32,000 bases of DNA from Candidatus Saccharimonadota bacterium (GCA_963677765.1 OY782392.1:330001-362000); one strand, 5' to 3'. Positions 11,196 to 21,451 are shown, counted from the first letter of the stretch. Notes: generated by a model from the letters alone, not told the origin. Translations and numbers: made by a program.

Positions 11196-12176
11196 ATGCT
11201 AAGTGTAAATCTAAATCAGGACTTTTCCAAAATAAATAAATACATTTCAAATACTCTTTTGAAAAATATAGATGAAAATATGAAAAACAATAAGAAAGTT
11301 ATTCTATATCTAAACAAAAGATGAGAATACTCTTCTCTTATTTGTAAAAAATGTAATCATCTACATAAATGTAAAAATTGTGATATTTCTATGAGTTTAC
11401 ACTGAGATAACATGATTTGCCATTCTTGTTGATACTCAAAAATAATAATTTCAAATTGTGAAAATTGTAAATCTAAAGAATTACAAAAAGTATGAGTTGG
11501 TACAAAACAAATAGAAGACGTAATAAAAAATATATACAAAGATAAAATAGTTTACAGACTCGATACTGATATAGTAAAAAATAAAAAAACAAAAGAAGAA
11601 GCCTTAAATAATATAGAAAAAGCTGATATAGTTATAGGTACAAAAATGATAACAACAGGTTTTAACTTTTTAAATGTTTGACTTATATGAGTAATACTTT
11701 TGGAACAAGAACTACAAATAGCCTCTTACAATACCGAAGAAAAAGTATTTTCGAATATAAAACAATTACTTTGAAGAGGTTGAAGATTATGACAAAAAAC
11801 AGATTTTATTATTCAAACATTTATACCTGAAAATCCTATAATACAATCTATAATAAACGATAATTACAAAGATTTTTTTATAAAAACACTAAAAGAAAGA
11901 AAAGATTTTAAATATCCCCCTTTTTGTGAATTAGCTACACTAGAATATAGAAACAGAGATCAAGAAAAAGCTAAAAAATTTATAGAAAAAATTTATAAAA
12001 AACTTCTAGATAATAAACAAGAAGACATAGAAGTAATTCTTTGAAATAATTATTTTAGAAGGTATAATCAATACTATTACAAAATAATAATAAAATGAAA
12101 AAACATAAGATTATTTTTAGAAAAAATAAAATCAGAAATATATAAAAATAGTGAATTAGTGGTTATATTTGATTAA
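11196..12176 (+). CDS. priA: Primosomal protein N' (PriA)-like, C-terminal half only
   Basis: 326 aa. VILYLNKRGEYSSLICKKCNHLHKCKNCDISMSLHGDNMICHSCGYSKIIISNCENCKSKELQKVGVGTKQIED (PriA Cys-rich Zn region), then IVIGTKMITTGFNF...QLLGRGGR...FKYPPFCELATLEYR. No Walker A/B lobe. In-frame stop at 11172-11174 just upstream. Confidence 0.7.
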
Positions 12177-12209
12177 TTAAAAGTTTTTAACAAAATAATA
12201 ATAAAAACC

Positions 12210-12237
12210 TTGTTTTATTAGCTATTTTTTCTATAAT
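12210..12237 (+). promoter_or_regulatory. Candidate promoter upstream of dnaN
   Basis: TTGTTT (12210-12215), 16 nt, TATAAT (12232-12237), 30 nt upstream of the dnaN ATG. Confidence 0.3.
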
Positions 12238-12267
12238 TTAAAAAAATATTCCTAATTAAAATTAAGC

Positions 12268-13392
12268 ATGAAATTTAGTATATCAACAGAACAATTAAAA
12301 AAATGATTAGATATTGTAAACCACGCAACAGCTTCGGTTACTACAACTCCAATACTAGAAAATATTTTGATAAAAGTAAACTATCAAAATATAGTATTAA
12401 CTTCAAATAATCTAGAAATGGCTATTGAATATGTTATTTATGATGATATTAACATTGAATCTGAATGATCTTTTTGTATACCAAGTAAATTATTTACAAA
12501 TTATATAAACTTAGTAAATGATGATCAAGTAAAAATAGAATTATTAAATGATGAAAGTATAAAAGTATCTACTTGAAGCTGAAAACTAAAAATAAAATGA
12601 GTAGAAGCTGATGAATTCCCTCTTATACCTACTATTAGAGAAGAGGTTAGCTTAAATGTAAGTTGAAAAATAATAAAAAAATCTATTGATAAAACTCTTT
12701 TTTCAAGTGCAGAATGAAATATTAGACCTACATTAGCTGGTTTATATGTAAATATAAAAAATAACGAAGTTATATTTGCTTCGACAGATAGTTTTAGATT
12801 ATCTGAATACAAAACTATTTTAAGTGAAGAAGTAACTAATGATTTTTCACAAATAATTCCAAGTAAAACTTGTAATCAAATAAAATCAATTCTTGAAGAT
12901 AATGAAACTGTAAAAGTAGTATCATGAGATAATCAAATTGCTTTCATAACTGGAAATGTAAAAATATTTTCTAGATTACTTAATGGTAAATTTCCTGATT
13001 ATGCATGATTTTTCCCTACTACACATACTACAAAAGCAGAAGTAAATAGAGTAGACTTAATATGAGCATTAAGAAAAATAAATTTAGTAAGTAAAGAAAA
13101 TAATTATTCTATAAAAATGAGCTTAAGTTCAGATAGATGAATAGAATTAGAAACTTCTGAAACACAAATTTGAGAATGAGACGTAACTCTTGTTTGAGTA
13201 GTAGAATGAGAAAATAATGTTGTATGAATAAATTCTACATACTTCTTAGAGGTTTTATCTGTAATAGAAACAACTCATGTAAGTATTAGATTTGAAAGTC
13301 CATTATCTCCTATAATGATTAGTCCTGTAATTGATCCTGAAAAACAAATCGATTATAGTTTTAAACATATAATAATGCCTTTAAAAATATAA
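12268..13392 (+). CDS. dnaN: DNA polymerase III beta sliding clamp
   Basis: 374 aa. MKFSISTEQLKKGLDIVNHATASVTTTPILENILIKVNYQNIVLTSNNLEMAIEY...RPTLAGLYVNIKNNEVIFASTDSFRLSEYK...SRLLNGKFPDY...IMPLKI. TAA stop. Confidence 0.9.
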
Positions 13393-13401
13393 AAAAGTAA
13401 A

Positions 13402-13920
13402 ATGGATAAAATAAAAGAGATAATAATAGAAGTAGAAAGATTAAAAGCAGAGCAAAAATTCACTAAAGCCATTTCAATAATTGAAGATGGTTTAGTTTCA
13501 TATAGTTCAGATTATAGATTATATGAAGAACTTGCTGATATTTATTTGTATAGATGAGAATTAGATAAATCTATAAAAGCAGTAGATTTTGCTTTAGAAT
13601 TAAATCCAGAATCAGCTACATGAAATTACCTAAAGTGATTTATTTTATTATCAAAAGATAAAGTAAAAGAATCAATAAGTTATTTAGAAAAATCAAATAA
13701 CTTAATATGAAATAATTCAGAAGTTTTAAGAAACTTATGATGGGCATACACTATGGTATGAAAAACAGATAAATGAATAGCTATATTAAAAAGAGCTCTT
13801 ATAATTGCTCCAAATGATGAATTAATTACTGAAGATTTAGCTATGGCACTTATCTGAATTGGAGAAATTTCTGAATGAAATTGATTATTAAAAAAAATTT
13901 GAAAGAAAAATATTTCATAA
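13402..13920 (+). CDS. Tetratricopeptide (TPR) repeat protein
   Basis: 172 aa. Repeated TPR-like helices: YRLYEELADIYLYRGELDKSIKAVDFALELNPESATGNYLKGFILL...LRNLGWAYTMVGKTDKGIAILKRALIIAPND. Confidence 0.6.
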
Positions 13921-13933
13921 ATAACAAAAAATA

Positions 13934-15139
13934 GTGAACTTCAAAAAAGAAAAAATAAAAGCTCAATATATATGAGTTATAGATATTTGAACATATAAAA
14001 CTAGAGTTGGAATATGTAAAATTCTAAACAGAGATGTAGAACTTATTTGATATTGAGAAAAAAGACAAGATATAAATGATATCTACTTGCAAGAAATAAA
14101 AAATTTATCGAATGTATGTGAAAATATAAAACAAGCTATAGAAAAAGCTGAGATTGATGCAAAAAGGAAAATAGATAATTACATAGTAAATATACCTACT
14201 TCTAACTTATTTTTTGAATCTAGTAGAATAAATCATATAAGAGAAAAACATGAAGTAGAAATAAATGAAAATGAATTATATTATATATTGAGAGATATTG
14301 AAACTCAGGCTCTAAGACACAACTATAAAAAAATCAAAAATAATACAGGTTATGATAAAAATGATTTAAAACTTATTATAAGCAGTATTTCAAATTTAAA
14401 ATCAGACTGAAAAATAACAAAAAATTTAATCTGAGATAACCCAAAAGAAATAAATATATCAATACTAAATATTTTTCTCACTGAAAATAAATATGATTTA
14501 AAAAATTATATTTCTAAATACATAAAAAAAGATATTGTTAGATTCGTTCCTAGTGAATTTGCTATATTATGACTTTTTAATGAGAAAAAAGATGTAGTAA
14601 TTATAGATTTATGAAACTCCCATACATCTATAATAGTAAAAAAAGAATGATATGTATTATGAGCTAAAAAATTAACTTTTTGAATAAATGATTTTATAAA
14701 ACATGTAAGAGATAATTATAACCTTACAAAAAGTGAAATAATAAAAAAAATAGATGAGGATGTTTTTGAACTAGAAAAAAAAGAATTCTTAGAAATATTT
14801 AAAGATGTTTTAGCATTAACTTTAGAAGAAATTTTATGAGATAAAATATGTCCTGAAAATTTCTTTTTAATTTGATGATGAGCAAACAAGTTTATAAAAG
14901 ATTTCTTAAAAAACACTAGCTTTCATGAATATGAGCTAAAAATGGCAAAAAAAATAAAATATGTATCTCCAAAAATTGATTTTATAGATGACAAAATTAC
15001 TGAAAACCCTGAATGGGTTGATTGAGTAAAATCAAATATAAATATATATGCTCTAATAAAAGCAACTCTAGATTTTATAAAAAAAGATAAAAATAAAATA
15101 GAAAGAACTATAAAAGAAATAATAAAAGAAATAAACTAA
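13934..15139 (+). CDS. ftsA: Cell division protein FtsA (actin-like ATPase)
   Basis: 401 aa. GTG start is required to include phosphate-1 GVIDIGTYKTRVGI. Also VVIIDLGNSHTSIIV and FLIGGGAN (14873-14881 = TGA TGA TGA). An FtsA-type 1C region lies between them. TAA stop at the foot of a hairpin. Confidence 0.75.
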
Positions 15140-15171
15140 AAAGAAACAAGCTTAATTGCTTGTTTCTTTTT
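15138..15171. terminator. Bidirectional terminator shared by ftsA (+) and the ABC ATPase (-)
   Basis: 14-bp perfect stem aaaaagaaacaagc / gcttgtttcttttt, loop ttaatt. The ftsA stop (15137-15139) sits at the left foot. The ABC ATPase stop (15152-15154) sits in the loop. Confidence 0.75.
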
Positions 15172-15874
15172 TTGTTGAAACTTTTTCTATAAAAAAATCT
15201 TCAAGACTAATATTTATATCAGAAACTAATTTATCTTGAACAATTATTTCTCAATGATTTATTATACTAATCCTATCACAAATTTCTTCTACGTCAGCTA
15301 ATATATGAGTATTAAAAAAAATAGTAGTACCTTCTTCTCTAAGAGAAACTATTAAGTCTTTTACCATTTTTCTTCAAATAGGATCTAATCAACTCATTGG
15401 CTCATCTAAAAATAATAATTTAGGTTCATTGATAATAGATTGAGCTAATCATACTCTTTGAAGCATACCTTTAGAATAATCTTTTAGATATTTATCTCAT
15501 GCATTTTCTAATCATACTCTTTTTAACAATTCATTAACTTTTTCATCAAGTTTTTGTCATTTTAGTCAAAAAAAACTTCAATTAAATCTTAGAAATTCTT
15601 TTCAAGTTAAATGTTTATAAAGATAAGTATTTTCTGGCATAAATCATATTTTATTTTTTGATTCTATTGTTAATCATTTTTTTCAAAAAATCATTATATC
15701 CCCAGACTCTGGTTCTATTAGTCATAAAATAGATTTCATAGTTGTAGTCTTCCCTGCACCATTTGGTCATAAAAAACCATATATAGCACCAGCTTCAACT
15801 GAAAAACTAACATTTTTTAAAACTTCTTTTTTAGATAATTTCTTACATATATTTTTAACCTCTAATATTTTCAT
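15152..15874 (-). CDS. ABC transporter ATP-binding protein (ABC-2/CcmA-like), no adjacent permease
   Basis: 240 aa. Walker [15 protein letters not shown]-loop, signature [12 protein letters not shown], Walker [14 protein letters not shown]-loop NTHIL. Confidence 0.88.
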
Positions 15875-16021
15875 CTATAAATAATTTATAAAATATAAAC
15901 CAATCCATATAGGATTTTATAAAAATAAACAATTAAGTAAAGCAAATATTTGATTTTTTAATTAAGCTAATTATAATAAAAAAATAACAGATTTATTTAA
16001 TTAATTAACCAAATTATATTT

Positions 16022-16570
16022 ATGTTAGAAAAAGCTCAGGAGTGAATAAAAAAAGCTATAAAACATTTAGAAGTAGAATATTCTAAACTACAATTAGGTA
16101 GAGCAAACCCAGCTATGGTAGAAGGGATATTAGTTGAACAATATGGTTCTATGCAACCGGTTCAAAATGTTGCTTCTGTTTCAAATCTAGATTCACAAAC
16201 ATTAAGTATAAAACCTTGGGATAAATGAGTTATTCATGCTATTGCAAAAGCAATAACTGACTCATGAATGGGTTTAAACCCTCAAACTATGGCTGATTCA
16301 GTTATGATAAAAGTACCTCCTTTAACAGAAGAAAGAAGAAAAGAAATATCAAAAGTAGCAAAAAATTTAGCTGAAGATGCTAAAATTTCTATAAGAAATG
16401 CTAGACAAGAATCTCTAAAAGTTATAAAAAAAGCTGAAGATGATAAGGAAATAAGTGAAGATATAAGAAAACAAAAAGAATCTGAATTACAAAAACTAAT
16501 CGAAGATGCAAACAAAAGTGTAGATGAACACTACAAACAAAAAGATGCAGATATTATGAAAATAAAATAA
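16022..16570 (+). CDS. frr: Ribosome recycling factor
   Basis: 182 aa. LEVEYSKLQLGRANPAMVEGILVEQYGSMQPVQNVASVSNLDSQTLSIKPWDKG...GLNPQTMADSVMIKVPPLTEERRKEISKVAKNLAEDAKISIRNARQE. Track ORF 16268..16570 is the C-terminal fragment. Confidence 0.92.
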
Positions 16571-16574
16571 AAAC

Positions 16575-16602
16575 TTGATTTATATATTATTTTTTATATA
16601 AT
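16575..16602 (+). promoter_or_regulatory. Candidate promoter upstream of rpmG
   Basis: TTGATT (16575-16580), 16 nt, TATAAT (16597-16602), 55 nt upstream of the ATG. Confidence 0.35.
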
Positions 16603-16657
16603 CTGCCAGTAACTCTTTCTTAAGAGATAATTTTTTATATATTAATTTAAGCTAAAA

Positions 16658-16840
16658 ATGGCTAAAGGTAAAAGAACTTATGTTGGATTCTATTCAACTG
16701 AAACTGGAAACCTTGTTCACGTAACAAATATTCAAAAAAGAAATTTTGAAGCTGGAAAAAAAGGTCCTGAATTAAGAAAATACAACAAAGTAACTAAAAA
16801 ACACGAAGTTTTAAAAATGAAAGAAATTAAAAAAGGGTAA
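16658..16840 (+). CDS. rpmG: 50S ribosomal protein L33 (cysteine-less form)
   Basis: 60 aa. MAKGKRTYVGFYSTETGNLVHVTNIQKRNFEAGKKGPELRKYNKVTKKHEVLKMKEIK follows the L33 pattern (..Y.T.KNKRN...LEL+KY.....KH..HKE.K) but has no Zn-binding Cys. Confidence 0.7.
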   Translation: MAKGKRTYVGFYSTETGNLVHVTNIQKRNFEAGKKGPELRKYNKVTKKHEVLKMKEIKKG

Positions 16841-16855
16841 GTTTTAAAAACTTAC
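16837..16855 (+). terminator. Terminator after rpmG
   Basis: Stem gtaagttt / aaacttac, 3-nt loop, followed by an 8-nt T-run. Stop codon lies inside the stem. Confidence 0.55.
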
Positions 16856-16873
16856 TTTTTTTTGTAAAAAAAT

Positions 16874-16903
16874 AAAAAAAGAGACTAATTAGTCTCTTTT
16901 TTT
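16874..16903 (-). terminator. Terminator after yebC-like gene
   Basis: aaaaaaagagact aatt agtctcttttttt, immediately downstream of the minus-strand stop at 16905-16907. Confidence 0.65.
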
Positions 16904-16904
16904 A

Positions 16905-17675
16905 TTATGATCTAAAGCTATGCTTTTCTATATAGTCATCTACTTCTTTTTGTAATTCATCAGAAATTATTTCATTACTAGAAACAATATTAACATCTTC
17001 ATCTTCATTAAAAGCTTCTATCATTTTCACAAATTTTAAAGCTTTTTCAAATTCTGTAATTTCAGTATCATTTTCTGGAACAAAATCTAATTTAGATTCC
17101 ATTAATTCAATATCATTTTCTTCAAAAAATTTCTCTACAGATGTAAAATCTTCAACATCTGTTATTATTTTTATATAAGAAGATTCATTTATTATATCTT
17201 GAGCTCATCATTCTATAGCTAATTCTTCAATTTTTTCATAATCATATTTACTAGGGTCTATAAATATAACTCCCTTCCTATGAAACATCCAACTTACAGC
17301 TCATGTTTCTCACATATTTCAACCATATTTTGAAAATATATGTCTTATATTAGAAACTGTTCTATTTTTATTATCACTTAAAGTTTGAACCATTAAGGCA
17401 ACTCATCCTGGAGCATATCATTCATAAATAATTTCTTCTATTCTAGCAGCCTCTTTATCTTCTCAAGTTCATTTTTTTATAGCTCTTTCTATATTATCGT
17501 TAGGAACTCATGCTTTTTTTGCAGTATGAATAGCTGAATACAAAGAAGGATTTTGATCAGGATCTCATCATTTTTGTGCTGCTATAGCAATAAGCTTAGC
17601 ATGAACAGAAAATATTTTTCATTTAACTGCATTAACTGCATTTTTTCTAGCTTGTACAACTGGACCTCTTCACAT
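16905..17675 (-). CDS. yebC: YebC/PmpR family DNA-binding transcriptional regulator
   Basis: 256 aa. MGRGPVVQARKNAVNAVKGKIFSVHAKLIAIAAQKGGDPDQNPSLYSAIHTAKKAGVPNDNIERAIKKGTG...[50 protein letters not shown]. Track ORF 16905..17102 is the C-terminal fragment. Confidence 0.9.
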
Positions 17676-17763
17676 AAATTATTAATTATCAAGTATTAAA
17701 TATATTTTATAAAAAAGTGTTTATTTGTAAAGATTAAAAGAATACAGCAATTATATAAATTAC

Positions 17764-18042
17764 TTATAATAATATGTAATTATTTAAAGATAAATCCCTA
17801 AATCAATTATCATAAGAAAAACAACTTGTAATATAAAATGTTAATCTATCATCATAATTATAAATAAAATAAAGAGATATTTTATAAATATCATTTACTT
17901 TGTAAATATTTTCTTGTGCTAAAAACCTTCATGATATATTAACTATTCTTGATACTCAATTTAAAGTAATACAAATTTTATATCAATCAAAACTATTTTT
18001 ATAAAAAGAATCCAATATTTGTATAGAATTATTCATCTTCAT
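17764..18042 (-). CDS. Small hypothetical protein (92 aa)
   Basis: MKMNNSIQILDSFYKNSFDGYKICITLNGVSRIVNISGRFLAQENIYKVNDIYKISLYFIYNYDDRLTFYITSCFSYDNGFRDLSLNNYILL. ATG start, TAA stop. No motif recognised. Confidence 0.4.
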
Positions 18043-18094
18043 TTAAAATATTTTATAAAATTATATTATAAGTGATTAATTAATAGAGTAAAAT

Positions 18095-18125
18095 AAAAAA
18101 GAACATTTTAAAAATATTCTTTTTT
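18095..18125 (-). terminator. Hairpin at the 3' end of the T5orf172-domain gene
   Basis: aaaaaagaacatttt a aaaatattctttttt, a long A/T-rich stem with one mismatch that begins at the stop codon (18124-18126). Confidence 0.4.
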
Positions 18126-19689
18126 ATTTTATTATTAATTTTAAGTCATTAATTTCATTATCATCTAAATCAAACCACTCGCCCCTAATCCTTTTCTCTT
18201 GATATGTTTTATGTAAAGCTTGCTCAAAGGCTAATGCAATTTCTCTATTAGGAAATTTTTTATTCGTAATCATTTCAATTGCTGGCTTTTCACTTTGTAA
18301 GGTTTTTTCTCTATATTCTGGTTTATTAGATATTCATATTTTATGATATCAATTAATATTATCAAACATTAAATAAACATAACATTCTTTCTTTTCTACT
18401 ATAGATTTAATATTATATATTTCCTTTTCTTGTAATGGTTTATAATTATTAATGTTATCTGAGATAACTTTAATATAATCAGAAAATAATACTTTAGTTA
18501 TATAAATTAAATTATTATTTTTAATTCATTGTATTTTATTTCAACTGTTTGAAAAATCAACTTGCCAATTTTTAATACCATATTCCTTAATAGATATTAT
18601 TTCATCATAAGTAATTTTAACTTTTGTTTCATATATATTCTTTTCTATTTTATAAGATTTCTCATTTATACTAAATTCTAATAATTCTCAATTTGATAAT
18701 AAAAAAGTTATCTTATCCATTAAATATAGTTTAATATCATTATTTAAATATCTAAAAATTAAATAATCATTATTATCTAAATAATTTATAGTGAAATACA
18801 AATTATTTTTTCAATTTAAATCTATAAAAGATGATAAATTACTTTTATCATTAATAAAATATCATGATATATAACTAAAAAAACGCACTTGTTTTCAACC
18901 TACAAATTTCCATTTTATTTCTTTTTTTCATGTAAATTCATCTATTTTAACAATAGGGATATTTCTATATCTTTTAATTTTTAATTCATTTAGTTCTTCT
19001 TTGGTTGGCTTATTATGAATAATAAATAATTCATTTCATTCTTCTAAATTTCAATTTAGGAAATTATCTGATAATTCAAAAATTCAGTCAATTCATGAAT
19101 AAATAGACTCATATCAAAGTATATTATTTTCATTATAAAATAAATCAGCTTGTTCATATCAATTTTTTATTTTCATTTCTCAAATTAAATCTCACTTTTT
19201 AACTACATCTCAAGTATTAAAAAATATTTTTATACTTTCTCAATATTTATTTCTGGTATATATAACTTTATTATCATGTAAAGTTATATTTAACAATCTA
19301 AAATTATAAAAATTATAAATATTTTCTAAATTTTTATTAAAAGATAGACCATTTTTATGTAAAATATATACTAAATCTCAAGCTTCATAATAATAATTTG
19401 AATAATTTCATTTTTTAGCTTTATTTATTATTTCAAGAAATCAAGAATAACGCGATTTTTCATCAAAGTAATATTTACCATTATCATATTTTAATAATAT
19501 ATCCCCCTCTTTAACATAACATCAATTTTTACTATAAAAATCTTTTAAACTATCGTTACTCAAATTTAATTTATTTGGTGAATTAAATTTATAAAAATCT
19601 CTTGTATCAATACTTTTATTATAATCTATAATAATATGTATTACATAAATAATAATAACTAAAAAAAATAAAATAATAAAATAAAGCAT
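18124..19689 (-). CDS. Membrane-anchored protein with C-terminal T5orf172/MUG113 (GIY-YIG superfamily) domain
   Basis: 521 aa. N-terminal TM helix MLYFIILFFLVIIIYVIHIII. Two V-K-x-G-D motifs (GCYVKEGDILLKY, TGDVVKKGDLIGEMK) resemble barrel-sandwich/lipoyl-like hairpins. C-terminus CYVYLMFDNINGYHKIGISNKPEYREKTLQSEKPAIEMITNKKFPNREIALAFEQALHKTYQEKRIRGEWFDLDDNEI matches the T5orf172 pattern (YVY..KIG.....R...L....P.....E..lH..f...r..gEWF.l). Confidence 0.7.
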
Positions 19690-19714
19690 ATAATTTTGAT
19701 AAAAAATAAAATAA

Positions 19715-21058
19715 CTATAAATCTCTCAACATATTTCTAAACCATAGTTTATCTCAAAACAAATAAGTTAAATCATAATGAGCTCTTTCAATACTAACTC
19801 ATCTATCTATAACTCAGTCTGGTATTTTTTGTTTTTCTACAACTTCAGTTATCAAATTTAGTTTATCATTATGATTTCTTCATCTAGTTGGAAATTTTAC
19901 AGTTTCTATATTTGAAAATTTTGAAAAAAACAAGTATGAATAAAGATTAAGATTATCACTTTTGGAGTATAAAGAAGCTAGTTCTTTAGCTTTTAATAAA
20001 GTTTCTCCTCATAATTTTTTAGATTGTTCAATATGATGAGTCATTCAAGTTTTTATAGAGCTTTCTATTTCATTTTTTAAATCACTATATTCGCTTTTAT
20101 TTAAGTATTTTAAAGCTTTTAGGTAAGTTAATATATTAACATTCCTTTTTGAGTTAATTCAATACATAGAATCATAAAATAAGTCTACCCTATTTTTAGA
20201 TATCTTTATAATTTTTTCTAAATCATTTTTTAATTCATTTTCATCTCATAATCATGTATCTATTTCTCTAAATATACTTTCTATATTTTGAAATATATCA
20301 AAATACGAATCATCCATTTTTTCAATAATAGATTCATTATCTAATCATGAATTAAGTATAATTTTTTTAAAATCTGCTCTAAATTTTCTTTTTATGATTA
20401 GATCATTTACTACAACTGTACAAATATCTTTTTCTCAATATTTATGCTCAGCATAACATAATCAATTATTATATCTACAAAAATCTCACTCTCAAAAAAC
20501 TTCAAATAATATATCTGGAAACTCTAATACAATTGACTCTATTTCTTTTAGAGTAATCTCTCTACTTAAAATAACTTTGTTTATTTTATAATTATCTAAC
20601 ATAAACCTAATTGATTCCTTATTGTATAAGGCTAATATTGTAGAAATATTTATTTTTCAAGTATAATTAATTGATTTTAAATATTCTAATATAGAAATAT
20701 TTCAACATATTATTCAATCAATTCAAATATCTATAAAACTAGATACCATATCTTTTATATATGGCATAGTTTCATCAGTATAATACCATGCATTTAGGTT
20801 TATAAACAATTCATATCAATGTTTATGAACTTCTTCACAAACAAGTTTCAAAGTTTCAAAGTCAGTAATTTGTTCATGTTCTGAAAATCTACCATTAGGA
20901 CTTACTTCAAATCAAAATCTTGTATGCCATTCTGGAGGATTATAACCTGTAAAAAACTCTGTAGCTCATCACTCTACAAGACTAGAAACATATTTAGAAA
21001 CATCTTTTGAATTTTTACCTTTTACTGAAAATCAAAGTCAAACTATCTTTTTAAACAT
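19715..21058 (-). CDS. Peptidase U32 family protein
   Basis: 447 aa. GIDGIICGNISILEYLK...INISTILALYNKESIRFMLDNYKINKVILSREITLKEIESI, and EVFGEGDFCRYNNGLCYAE, which fits the U32 signature E-x-F-x2-G-x2-C-x4-G-x-C. TAG stop lies 26 nt before the next ATG. Confidence 0.6.
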
Positions 21059-21108
21059 AATTATTATTTAGTTTTTATTTATATGATTATACTTTTTAAA
21101 ACAAAAAA

Positions 21109-21130
21109 TAAAAGCCAAAATTGGCTTTTA
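21109..21130. terminator. Terminator after rpsU
   Basis: taaaagcc aaaatt ggctttta, flanked by A-run and T-run. Confidence 0.6.
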
Positions 21131-21148
21131 TTTTCATAGCAAAGTTGA

Positions 21149-21349
21149 TTAAAAATAAACTTTGTTATTTAGCATTCTGTAATGTTCTCTAACGATTGCT
21201 GAGTGTCTGATTTTTTTCTTAGTTGGTTTACCAACTGCATATCTTTCTGCTCTTAATTTGTTTGCAATTCTAGATTGAAAAAACATTTTTTTATATCTTA
21301 GAATCATTTTTTCGTTAGTTTCTCAGTCATTTCTTACTGCGTATATCAT
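21149..21349 (-). CDS. rpsU: 30S ribosomal protein S21
   Basis: 66 aa. MIYAVRNDGETNEKMILRYKKMFFQSRIANKLRAERYAVGKPTKKKIRHSAIVREHYRMLNNKVYF fits the S21 layout (V.V...E....alrrFKr.....g.l.e.r.r..yekPs..rk). Confidence 0.7.
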
Positions 21350-21451
21350 GCTTTCTATCCCCTTGAAGGAATTAAAAAATAATTGCTTCTAGCAAGCTAA
21401 AAGTAACAAGATTATATTTATCAAATAACATTTGTCAAAATTAAATAATTT

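Noticed and set aside
13934-15139. Calling this actin-fold ATPase PilM (the T4P operon lacks one)
   Set aside because: At 401 aa it has an FtsA-type inserted domain between phosphate-1 and phosphate-2. It is encoded 13 kb away from the pilus operon. FtsA is the better fit, though a profile search should confirm it.
15152-15874. Calling the ABC ATPase FtsE because it abuts ftsA
   Set aside because: It is convergent to ftsA, not co-transcribed. Its Walker A (GPNGAGKTT) and signature (YSKGMLQR) are ABC-2/CcmA-like rather than FtsE-like (GxSGAGKST, LSGGEQQR). No ftsX is present.
1236-16515. Standard-code track ORFs lying antisense to real genes: 1236..1439, 2541..2729, 2959..3255, 4466..4660, 6476..6754, 8412..8600, 11357..11539, 12525..12812, 14716..14916, 16282..16515. 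Also 21578..21781 (-) and 22774..22962 (+) further right.
   Set aside because: Each lies entirely inside a long, motif-supported code-25 CDS on the opposite strand. They have low-complexity S/F/I/L-rich translations typical of antisense shadow ORFs in AT-rich DNA.
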